Below, piece by piece: positions 21,653 to 32,932 of a stretch of DNA of 64,000 nucleotides. The notes under the pieces are model-generated. The model was not told the DNA's origin, ran no database searches, and saw only the letters and a list, made by a program, of their open reading frames with translations. The first letter of the stretch is position 1. Every line of letters begins with the position of its first letter. Made by a program: the position numbers and the translations under genes. The stretch covers positions 1,054,001 to 1,118,000 of the forward strand of contig OZ251240.1 in NCBI GenBank assembly GCA_965240325.2. Direction: 5' to 3'. This DNA is from Rebecca billardiae RCC1528 (lineage: Eukaryota > Protista > Haptophyta).

Positions 21653-22756
21653 TCAGGCCGCGCCCGCCGAGCTGCCCGCGCTGGCCGCATCGGCGCCGAC
21701 GGCTCGGATGCGCAGCAGGGCGACATCGGCCGCGTCGCACTTGCGCCACGCACCCTCCGCCGCCCAGCCCTCGTGCCACGCCTCCTCCGCCGCGGCCAGG
21801 CCGTGTGCGCGGAGCGCGTCGTCAAACGCGGCGCGCGTGAGCTCGTTGCGCCGCTTGAGCGCGAGCAGCACGAGCGCGGCGCGCGGCGCGGCGATCGCGA
21901 GTGTGCGCGCCAGCGCGTCGAGCTGGGACGCGTCGTACACGCAGTCCGCGCCCAGCACGACGTCCGCGCCGAGCTCGGCCAGCGCCGCGCCCACCGCCGA
22001 GCCAGGCCGCACATCCTCCCAGTCGAGCCGCGCGCAGTGGCACTCCGTAGCGTCGGCGCGCGCCGGATCGCGCGCCGCCACGCGCGTGGCGGCGAGTCGT
22101 TGCACCACCTCCGGGAGCGCGCCCACCTCTCCTGGCCGCAGCCCATTCGCCTCCAGGTTGTGCTTGCAGTTGGCGAGCGCGCTCGAATGGCCGTCGGTCG
22201 CGACGACAGCGGCCGCTCTGGACGCGGCCGCGAGAACGCACGAGAGGAGCCCGCATCCGGCGCCGAGCTCGAGGACGGTGCGATCACGGAACATGTCGCA
22301 ACGGTGCGCCGCGTACTCCGCCAGCCACATGCCGCCGTCCCACAGGCAGCCGCCCGTCTCGCTGCCGCCGCCCCACCCCTCGGTGCAGCGCACCACGACC
22401 GAGCGCGCGCTGGAGTCCGGCGCCAGGCGGAAGTGGCGGTGCGCGAGCGCGTGGTCGGATGGGAGGGCGGACGGCAGCGCGGCGTACCGGACGAGGAGCG
22501 CCTCACACGCGCCCTCCTCCTCCGCGTCCGCTTCGAGCGAGCGCACGAGCGCGCGCAGGAAGGCTCGGGTGTGCCGGGCGGCGGGCGGCCAGCGTCGCGC
22601 CTCCGGCGCGTCGAGAACGTCGGCGTCGAGGCGGGCCTGTACGGACTCAGATGGCCAGCCGGGCAGCGCACGTGCGAGCGCGACCAGCTCGTCCGCCGTG
22701 TGCGAGCCCTGGAGGTAGGCAGCGCGCAGGCCCGCGAGGGCATCCATGCCCGCCAT
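21653..22756 (-). CDS. EEF2KMT: Protein-lysine N-methyltransferase, EEF2KMT/FAM86A-like (Methyltransf_16 family)
   Basis: FAM86-like N-terminus (RWPP..HTRAFLRALV), then ETGGCLWDGG, VLELGAGCGL, VVATDG, LDWED and LGADCVYD. Confidence 0.85.
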   Translation of the reverse strand: MAGMDALAGLRAAYLQGSHTADELVALARALPGWPSESVQARLDADVLDAPEARRWPPAARHTRAFLRALVRSLEADAEEEGACEALLVRYAALPSALPSDHALAHRHFRLAPDSSARSVVVRCTEGWGGGSETGGCLWDGGMWLAEYAAHRCDMFRDRTVLELGAGCGLLSCVLAAASRAAAVVATDGHSSALANCKHNLEANGLRPGEVGALPEVVQRLAATRVAARDPARADATECHCARLDWEDVRPGSAVGAALAELGADVVLGADCVYDASQLDALARTLAIAAPRAALVLLALKRRNELTRAAFDDALRAHGLAAAEEAWHEGWAAEGAWRKCDAADVALLRIRAVGADAASAGSSAGAA

Positions 22757-23199
22757 CGTGGATGATGAATCTTTTTTCAAAAAAGCATTTTCCATTATTC
22801 CGAGCTGCGCGAGCGCTACGGTACCCGCACACGGTGAGTGTCTTATTCTTAGCAAGCTGTATAGGGGTACATGGCCAGCCAATCCTAATCCAGGTCACAA
22901 TCTCCGGCGCCCCGTGCAATAATCGTGCTCACAAAATAGCTATGCCGCCCCGCGACACGACGGTTTCCTTCCGGACCGCGCCGGGCCCTCAAAATAGTTC
23001 GCGACTACCCGCGCAGCCAAGCGCCCAACCAGGGCGCCGACACCGAGGGAGGGGTGGTTCGCGGCTTGCGGGTCTCGCAGCGCGGCGCACGTTACCGTCG
23101 TGCGTTTTGATGGGAGGGGCCGCCGCCGCGAGCGACTCCGCCCGTACGAACGGCACCGCGACGCGCGCCGACGACCGCCAGCGGCTCGGTCGCTGCAAG

Positions 23200-26100
23200 A
23201 TGCCTCCTCCCGCTCGCGCTGGGCCGTCGGAGACCCGCACCTCCGGCCGTGCCGTCGTGTGCGACGAGTCGACGTGCGCGCCTCTTCCAACTTGGGGGCC
23301 GCGCGCCCCGGCACCTTCACGGTGGCTGACGGCGCTCGTGCTTCCGCTGCTGGCGGCGATGGCGATCGCTAACGTGCTGGCTCCGTCCTTCTCTACTCCC
23401 GACGCGCTCCTGCGTTGCCTGGAGCCCTCGGCGGCGTGCGCGGTGGCCTGCACCGCGCTTGCCGCCATGCTTCTCGCGGCTGCGCGCCCCTGGGGCATGC
23501 AGGCGACCCAGGCGCGCGGCCGAGCGGCGGTGCGTCCTGCGCGCCGCCCGGCGTCAGTGCATGCGCGCTCGTCGCCGGCCGTCCTGCGCGCTGCCGTGGT
23601 CATCGTCCTTGCGAGCTTCTACCAACCAGCCGCGCTGGGTCAGCCGAACCCGAGCCCGCCGCCGAGCCCACCGCCGAGCCCGCCGCCGAGCCCACCGCCG
23701 AGCCCGCCGCCGAGCCCGCCGCCGTCGCCGCCGCCAAGCCCGCCACCGCCATCGCCGCCGCCAAGCCCACCGCCGTCGCCGCCGCCGTCGCCGCCGCCGT
23801 CGCCGCCGCCGTCGCCGCCGCCATCACCGCCGCCATCGCCACCACCGAGCCCACCACCGAGCCCGCCGCCGTCGCCGCCGCCGTCGCCGCCGCCAAGCCC
23901 GCCACCGCCATCGCCGCCGCCAAGCCCACCGCCGTCGCCGCCGCCGTCGCCGCCGCCGTCGCCGCCGCCGTCGCCGCCGCCATCGCCGCCGCCATCGCCA
24001 CCGCCGAGCCCACCACCGAGCCCGCCGCCGTCGCCGCCGCCAAGCCCGCCGCCGCCATCGCCGCCGCCAAGCCCGCCGCCGTCGCCGCCGCCGTCGCCGC
24101 CGCCGTCGCCGCCGCCATCGCCGCCGCCATCGCCACCACCGAGCCCACCACCGAGCCCGCCGCCGTCGCCGCCGCCGTCGCCGCCGCCGAGCCCGCCACC
24201 GCCATCGCCACCGCCAAGCCCACCGCCGTCGCCGCCGCCATCGCCGCCGCCGAGCCCGCCGCCGTCGCCGCCGCCATCGCCGCCACCGAGCCCGCCGCCC
24301 AGCCCGCCGCCCTCGCCGCCGCCGAGCCCGCCGCCAAGCCCGCCCCCGCCTTCACCGCCACCGAGCCCGCCGCCGAGCCCGCCGCCGAGCCCGCCGCCGT
24401 CGCCACCGCCGAGCCCGCCGCCCTCGCCGCCGCCCTCGCCGCCGCCCTCGCCGCCGCCGAGCCCGCCCCCGTCGCCGCCGCCGAGCCCGCCGCCGCCGAG
24501 CCCGCCGCCGTCGCCGCCGCCGAGCCCGCCGCCGTCGCCACCGCCAAGCCCGCCACCGTCGCCTCCGCCGAGCCCGCCGCCGTCGCCACCGCCGTCGCCA
24601 CCGCCGAGCCCGCCGCCCAGCCCGCCGCCCAGCCCGCCGCCGCCCTCGCCGCCGCCGAGCCCACCGCCCTCCCCGCCGCCATCGCCTCCGCCGAGCCCAC
24701 CGCCGAGCCCACCGCCATCCCCGCCGCCATCGCCTCCGCCAAGCCCGCCGCCGTCACCGCCCCCGAGCCCGCCCCCAAGCCCGCCACCGCCTTCGCCGCC
24801 GCCGAGCCCGCCGCCAAGCCCGCCGCCAAGCCCGCCACCGTCGCCACCCCCGAGCCCGCCGCCGTCGCCGCCACCGAGCCCGCCGCCGTCGCCACCGCCA
24901 AGCCCGCCGCCCTCGCCGCCGCCGAGCCCGCCACCGCCGAGCCCGCCGCCGTCACCGCCGCCAAGCCCGCCGCCGTCGCCGCCGCCGAGCCCGCCGCCGT
25001 CGCCGCCGCCGAGCCCGCCGCCGAGCCCGCCGCCGCCCTCGCCGCCGCCCAGTCCGCCGCCGTCGCCGCCGCCGAGCCCGCCGCCGTCGCCGCCGCCCAG
25101 CCCGCCGCCGTCGCCGCCGCCCAGCCCTCCACCATCGCCGCCACCAAGCCCGCCGCCGAGCCCGCCGCCGAGCCCGCCGCCTCCGAGCCCGCCGCCGAGC
25201 CCGCCGCCGAGCCCGCCGCCGAGCCCGCCACCCTCGCCGCCGCCCTCGCCGCCGCCGAGCCCGCCGCCGAGCCCGCCACCCTCGCCGCCGCCGAGCCCGC
25301 CGCCGAGCCCGCCGCCGAGCCCGCCCCCGCCATCCCCGCCGCCCTCGCCGCCGCCGAGCCCGCCGCCGTCGCCTCCGCCCAGCCCGCCGCCGTCGCCACC
25401 TCCGAGTCCGCCGCCCTCACCGCCGCCGAGTCCTCCGCCCAGCCCTCCACCCAGCCCTCCGCCGTCGCCGCCGCCGCCGTCGCCGCCGCCGAGCCCGCCG
25501 CCGAGCCCGCCGCCGAGCCCGCCGCCCTCACCGCCGCCGAGCCCGCCGCCGAGCCCGCCGCCGTCGCCGCCGCCGTCGCCGCCGCCGAGCCCGCCGCCGA
25601 GCCCGCCGCCGAGCCCGCCGCCGCCATCCCCGCCACCCTCGCCGCCGCCCAGCCCGCCACCGTCGCCCCCGCCATCGCCGCCACCCTCGCCGCCGCCGAG
25701 CCCGCCGCCGTCGCCCCCGCCGAGTCCGCCGCCCAGCCCTCCGCCCAGCCCTCCGCCATCGCCGCCGCCGCCCTCGCCGCCGCCGAGCCCGCCGCCGAGC
25801 CCGCCGCCGAGCCCGCCGCCGAGCCCGCCGCCGAGCCCGCCGCCGAGCCCGCCGCCGAGCCCGCCGCCGTCGCCGCCGCCGAGCCCGCCGCCGAGCCCGC
25901 CGCCGAGCCCGCCGCCGTCGCCGCCGCCGAGCCCGCCGCCGAGCCCGCCGCCGAGCCCGCCGCCGCCATCCCCGCCACCCTCGCCGCCGCCCAGCCCGCC
26001 GCCGTCGCCCCCGCCATCGCCGCCACCCTCGCCGCCGCCGAGCCCGCCGCCGTCGCCCCCGCCGAGCCCGCCGCCCAGCCCTCCGCCCAGCCCGCCGCCG

Positions 26101-29100
26101 TCGCCGCCGCCTCCGAGCCCGCCGCCATCACCGCCGCCGAGCCCGCCGCCGAGCCCGCCACCCTCACCGCCGCCGAGCCCGCCGCCGAGCCCGCCGCCGA
26201 GCCCGCCGCCGAGCCCGCCCCCGAGCCCGCCGCCGAGCCCGCCGCCGAGCCCGCCGCCGTCGCCGCCGCCGAGCCCGCCGCCCAGTCCACCGCCGAGCCC
26301 GCCGCCGCCATCCCCGCCACCCTCGCCGCCGCCCAGCCCGCCACCGTCGCCCCCGCCATCCCCGCCACCCTCGCCGCCGCCGAGCCCGCCGCCGTCGCCC
26401 CCGCCGAGCCCGCCGCCCAGCCCTCCGCCCAGCCCTCCGCCGTCGCCGCCACCGCCCTCGCCGCCGCCGAGCCCGCCGCCGAGCCCGCCGCCGAGCCCGC
26501 CGCCCTCGCCGCCTCCCAGCCCTCCACCGTCTCCGCCGCCGAGCCCGCCGCCGAGCCCGCCGCCGAGCCCGCCACCGTCGCCACCGCCAAGCCCTCCGCC
26601 GAGCCCGCCGCCGAGTCCGCCGCCGTCGCCACCGCCCAGCCCGCCACCACCGAGCCCACCGCCCTCGCCGCCGCCCTCGCCGCCGCCGTCACCGCCTCCC
26701 AGCCCGCCGCCGTCGCCGCCGCCGTCGCCGCCGCCGAGCCCGCCGCCGCCATCGCCACCGCCGAGCCCACCGCCCTCGCCGCCGCCCTCGCCGCCGCCCT
26801 CGCCGCCGCCCAGCCCTCCGCCGAGCCCGCCACCGAGCCCGCCTCCCCCGAGCCCGCCGCCGAGCCCGCCGCCCAGCCCGCCACCGTCGCCGCCGCCCAG
26901 CCCTCCGCCCAGCCCGCCGCCCAGCCCGCCGCCCAGCCCGCCGCCGAGCCCACCGCCGTCCCCGCCACCGAGCCCGCCGCCGAGCCCTCCCCCGTCGCCG
27001 CCGCCGAGCCCGCCGCCGAGCCCGCCGCCGAGCCCGCCGCCCCCAAGCCCACCGCCGTCGCCGCCGCCAAGCCCACCGCCTTCGCCGCCGCCAAGCCCGC
27101 CGCCTTCGCCCCCGCCTTCGCCGCCGCCCAGCCCGCCGCCCTCACCACCGCCGAGCCCGCCGCCAAGCCCGCCGCCCTCGCCACCGCCGCCGAGCCCCCC
27201 ACCAAGCCCGCCGCCGTCACCACCGCCCAGCCCGCCACCGAGTCCACCGCCGAGCCCGCCGCCCAGCCCGCCGCCCAGCCCGCCACCCAGCCCGCCGCCA
27301 TCGCCGCCGCCCAGCCCGCCGCCATCGCCGCCGCCATCGCCGCCGCCATCGCCGCCGCCCAGCCCGCCGCCCAGCCCGCCGCCACCGAGCCCGCCGCCTT
27401 CGCCTCCGCCGAGCCCGCCGCCGAGCCCGCCGCCGAGCCCGCCGCCGAGCCCGCCGCCGAGCCCGCCGCCGAGCCCTCCGCCATCGCCGCCGCCGAGCCC
27501 GCCGCCGAGCCCGCCGCCGAGCCCGCCGCCGCCGAGCCCGCCGCCGAGCCCGCCGCCGAGCCCGCCGCCGTCGCCTCCGCCGAGCCCGCCGCCGAGCCCG
27601 CCGCCGAGCCCGCCGCCGAGCCCGCCGCCGAGCCCTCCGCCCTCGCCGCCGCCGAGCCCGCCGCCGAGCCCGCCGCCCTCGCCGCCGCCGAGCCCGCCGC
27701 CGAGCCCGCCGCCGAGCCCGCCGCCGCCGAGCCCGCCGCCATCACCGCCGCCGAGCCCGCCGCCATCGCCACCGCCGAGCCCGCCACCGTCGCCACCTCC
27801 GAGCCCGCCGCCCTCTCCCCCGCCGAGTCCGCCGCCCAGCCCTCCGCCCAGCCCTCCGCCCTCGCCGCCGCCGCCCTCGCCGCCGCCGAGCCCGCCGCCG
27901 AGCCCGCCGCCGAGCCCGCCGCCCTCACCGCCGCCGAGCCCGCCGCCGTCGCCGCCGCCGAGCCCGCCACCCAGCCCGCCGCCGAGCCCGCCGCCGTCGC
28001 CACCACCCAGCCCGCCGCCAAGCCCGCCGCCAAGCCCGCCGCCGTCGCCACCACCCAGCCCGCCACCTCCAAGCCCGCCGCCGTCGCCGCCGCCGTCGCC
28101 GCCGCCGTCGCCGCCTCCGAGCCCGCCGCCGTCGCCGCCGCCGTCGCCGCCGCCCAGCCCGCCGCCGCCGTCGCCACCGCCGAGTCCACCGCCGTCGCCG
28201 CCGCCGTCGCCGCCGCCGTCACCACCGCCGAGCCCGCCGCCGAGCCCGCCGCCGAGCCCGCCTCCACCCAGTCCGCCGCCGAGCCCGCCGCCGAGCCCGC
28301 CGCCAAGCCCTCCGCCCTCGCCGCCGCCGAGCCCGCCGCCCAGCCCGCCGCCAAGCCCTCCGCCCTCGCCGCCGCCGAGCCCGCCGCCTTCGCCGCCTCC
28401 AAGCCCGCCGCCCAGCCCGCCGCCGAGTCCGCCGCCATCGCCCCCGCCCAGCCCGCCACCACCAAGCCCACCGCCGTCGCCGCCGCCATCGCCGCCGCCG
28501 TCACCGCCTCCGAGCCCGCCGCCTTCGCCACCACCGTCGCCGCCGCCGAGCCCGCCGCCGCCGTCGCCGCCACCGTCGCCACCGCCGAGCCCGCCGCCCT
28601 CACCTCCGCCCTCGCCGCCACCGAGCCCGCCGCCGAGCCCGCCACCAAGCCCTCCACCGTCGCCGCCGCCGAGCCCGCCGCCGAGCCCGCCGCCGAGCCC
28701 TCCACCGTCGCCGCCGCCGAGCCCGCCACCCAGCCCGCCTCCCAGCCCACCGCCTCCCAGCCCGCCGCCGAGCCCGCCGCCGAGCCCGCCGCCGAGCCCG
28801 CCGCCGAGCCCGCCGCCGTCACCACCGCCGAGCCCGCCTCCCAGCCCGCCGCCGAGCCCGCCGCCGAGCCCGCCACCGTCGCCACCGCCGAGCCCGCCAC
28901 CGCCGAGCCCACCGCCATCGCCACCGCCGAGCCCACCACCCAGCCCGCCGCCCTCGCCTCCGCCGAGCCCGCCGCCCAGCCCGCCGCCTTCGCCGCCGCC
29001 GAGCCCTCCGCCCTCGCCACCACCGAGCCCACCACCGAGCCCACCACCGAGCCCGCCGCCAAGCCCGCCGCCACGCCCGCCGCCGAGCCCGCCGCCGAGC

Positions 29101-32100
29101 CCGCCGCCGAGCCCGCCGCCGAGCCCGCCGCCGAGCCCGCCGCCGAGCCCGCCGCCGAGCCCACCTCCATCACCGCCGCCAAGCCCGCCGCCAAGCCCGC
29201 CGCCGCGCCCGCCGCCGAGCCCGCCGCCGAGCCCGCCGCCGAGCCCGCCGCCGAGCCCGCCGCCGAGCCCGCCGCCGAGCCCGCCGCCGAGCCCGCCGCC
29301 GAGCCCGCCGCCGAGCCCGCCGCCGAGCCCGCCTCCATCACCGCCGCCGAGCCCGCCGCCGAGCCCGCCGCCACGCCCGCCGCCGAGCCCGCCGCCGAGC
29401 CCGCCGCCCAGCCCGCCGCCCAGCCCGCCGCCCAGCCCGCCGCCCAGCCCGCCGCCCAGCCCGCCGCCCAGCCCGCCGCCCAGCCCGCCGCCGAGCCCGC
29501 CGCCGAGCCCGCCGCCGAGCCCGCCGCCCCCCAGCCCGCCCCCCAGCCCGCCCCCCAGCCCGCCGCCGAGCCCACCGCCCTCGCCGCCGCCCTCGCCGCC
29601 TCCGAGCCCGCCGCCCTCGCCGCCGCCGAGCCCGCCGCCATCACCGCCGCCCTCGCCACCCCCGAGCCCGCCGCCGAGCCCGCCGCCCTCGCCGCCGCCG
29701 AGCCCCCCGCCCTCGCCACCACCTTCGCCACCGCCGAGCCCGCCGCCCTCGCCGCCGCCGAGCCCGCCGCCATCACCGCCGCCCTCGCCGCCGCCTAGCC
29801 CGCCGCCTAGCCCGCCACCTTCACCGCCGCCGAGTCCCCCGCCCTCGCCGCCTCCAAGCCCGCCGCCGAGCCCGCCGCCGAGCCCGCCGCCGAGCCCGCC
29901 GCCGAGCCCGCCGCCGAGCCCGCCGCCGAGCCCACCTCCGAGCCCGCCGCCAAGCCCGCCGCCTTCGCCGCCACCGAGCCCCCCGCCCTCGCCACCACCT
30001 TCGCCGCCGCCGAGCCCGCCGCCCTCGCCACCGCCGAGTCCGCCGCCATCACCGCCGCCCTCGCCGCCGCCGAGCCCGCCGCCGAGCCCGCCGCCCTCGC
30101 CGCCGCCGAGCCCGCCCCCGTCACCGCCGCCGTCGCCGCCGCCGTCGCCGCCGCCGAGCCCGCCGCCGTCACCGCCGCCATCACCGCCGCCGAGCCCGCC
30201 GCCCAGCCCGCCACCGTCGCCACCGCCGAGCCCGCCGCCGAGCCCGCCGCCCTCACCGCCGCCGAGCCCGCCCCCATCACCGCCGCCGTCGCCGCCGCCC
30301 AGCCCACCGCCGAGCCCGCCGCCGTCGCCGCCGCCGAGCCCGCCGCCGTCGCCGCCGCCGAGCCCGCCGCCCTCGCCGCCGCCGAGCCCACCGCCGTCAC
30401 CGCCGCCCTCACCGCCGCCGAGCCCGCCGCCCAGCCCGCCACCGTCGCCACCGCCGAGCCCACCGCCGAGCCCGCCGCCCTCACCCCCGCCGAGCCCGCC
30501 GCCGTCGCCGCCGCCGTCGCCGCCGCCGAGCCCGCCGCCGAGCCCGCCGCCGAGCCCGCCGCCGAGCCCGCCGCCGAGCCCGCCGCCGAGCCCGCCACCT
30601 TCGCCGCCGCCGAGCCCGCCGCCGTCACCGCCGCCATCACCGCCGCCCAGCCCGCCGCCGAGCCCGCCACCGTCGCCACCGCCGAGCCCGCCGCCGAGCC
30701 CGCCGCCCTCGCCGCCGCCGAGCCCGCCGCCATCGCCGCCGCCGAGCCCGCCGCCGAGCCCGCCGCCCTCGCCGCCGCCGAGCCCGCCGCCGAGCCCGCC
30801 GCCGAGCCCGCCGCCGAGCCCGCCACCGTCGCCACCGCCTTCGCCGCCGCCATCACCGCCGCCGAGCCCGCCGCCGAGCCCGCCACCGTCGCCACCTCCG
30901 AGCCCGCCGCCGAGCCCGCCGCCGAGCCCGCCGCCCTCGCCGCCGCCGAGCCCGCCGCCATCGCCGCCGCCGAGCCCGCCGCCGAGCCCGCCGCCCTCGC
31001 CGCCGCCGAGCCCGCCGCCGAGCCCGCCGCCGAGCCCGCCGCCGAGCCCGCCACCGTCGCCACCGCCTTCGCCGCCGCCATCACCGCCGCCGAGCCCGCC
31101 GCCGAGCCCGCCACCGTCGCCACCTCCGAGCCCGCCGCCGAGCCCGCCGCCGTCACCGCCGCCAAGCCCGCCGCCCTCGCCGCCGCCGAGCCCGCCGCCG
31201 AGCCCGCCGCCGAGCCCGCCGCCGAGCCCGCCGCCAAGCCCGCCGCCTTCGCCGCCGCCGAGCCCGCCACCGAGCCCGCCGCCTTCACCGCCACCATCGC
31301 CGCCACCGAGCCCGCCGCCGAGCCCGCCGCCGTCCCCACCGCCATCGCCTCCGCCGTCGCCGCCGCCCAGCCCACCACCGTCGCCGCCGCCCAGCCCGCC
31401 GCCCAGCCCGCCGCCGTCACCGCCACCGTCACCGCCGCCGCCATCGCCACCTCCAAGCCCTCCGCCCAGCCCGCCGCCCAGCCCGCCGCCGAGCCCGCCG
31501 CCGAGCCCGCCGCCGAGCCCGCCGCCGAGCCCGCCGCCGAGCCCGCCGCCGAGCCCGCCGCCGAGCCCGCCACCGAGCCCGCCGCCGTCGCCGCCGCCGT
31601 CGCCGCCGCCGTCGCCGCCGCCCAGCCCGCCGCCCAGCCCGCCGCCCTCCCCGCCGCCGTCGCCGCCGCCCAGCCCGCCGCCCAGCCCGCCGCCATCGCC
31701 GCCGCCATCGCCGCCGCCATCGCCGCCGCCCAGCCCGCCCCCTTCTCCACCGCCGAGCCCCCCGCCAAGCCCGCCGCCGTCGCCGCCGCCGAGCCCGCCG
31801 CCATCGCCGCCGCCCAGCCCGCCGCCCTCGCCGCCGCCGAGCCCGCCGCCCTCGCCACCGCCAAGCCCACCGCCATCGCCACCGCCGAGCCCGCCGCCGT
31901 CACCACCGCCGTCGCCGCCACCGAGCCCGCCGCCCTCGCCGCCGCCGAGCCCGCCACCGTCGCCGCCGCCCAGCCCGCCGCCCAGCCCGCCGCCCAGCCC
32001 GCCGCCCAGCCCGCCGCCCAGCCCGCCGCCCTCGCCGCCGCCCTCGCCGCCGCCGAGCCCGCCGCCCTCGCCGCCGCCCTCGCCGCCGCCGAGCCCGCCG

Positions 32101-32796
32101 CCGAGCCCGCCGCCGAGCCCGCCGCCGAGCCCGCCGCCGAGCCCGCCGCCGAGCCCGCCGCCGAGCCCGCCGCCGAGCCCGCCGCCGAGCCCGCCGCCCT
32201 CGCCGCCGCCGAAGCCGCCGCCCTCGCCGCCGCCCTCGCCGCCGCCTGCGCCGCCGCCCTCGCCGCCGCCGCCGCCCTCGCCCTCTCCGCCGCCGCCCTC
32301 GCCACTCCCGCCGCCCTCGCCACTCCCGCCGCCCGCGCCGCCGCGCGTCGAGCCATGGCCGCCGCCCTCGCCGCCGAGCTCGCCGCCCCCGCGCCCGCCG
32401 CCGCCGCCGAGCCCGCCGCCGCCCGGCACCCGCTTCGCCATGCTCTTCTTCATGAGGCCGCACGTCGGCGAGCTCGCCGCCGACTTCGACGCGGGCGAGC
32501 AGGCCGAGTTCCTCGGCGGCCTCGCCGCCGTCCTCGGCCTCTCGCCCGAGCGGCTCGAGGTGCGCCACGTCGGCGAGGGCATCGAGGTGGTCGTCTTCAT
32601 CGAGGCGCGCGAGTCGGCGGGCCCGCTCGCTGTGGACGCGGTGCTGCAGACGCTGCCGCTCGCGAACCTCAGCGCGACGACGGGCTTCGAGCAGCGCGAC
32701 ACGCCCGTGCGGCTCTGGCCCGGCTGCACCGAGACGGTCGCCAAGAACTACGACGAGACGGCCACGTTTGATGACCTGACGTGCGACTACTACTCG

Positions 32797-32869
<73 letters not shown>

Positions 32870-32889
32870 CGCCGAGCCCGCCGCCGCCG

Positions 32890-32932
<43 letters not shown>

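Noticed and set aside
23650-32424. CRISPR-like or satellite reading of the long array
   Set aside because: No unique spacers. Variation is almost entirely synonymous in one frame, so it is a coding repeat.
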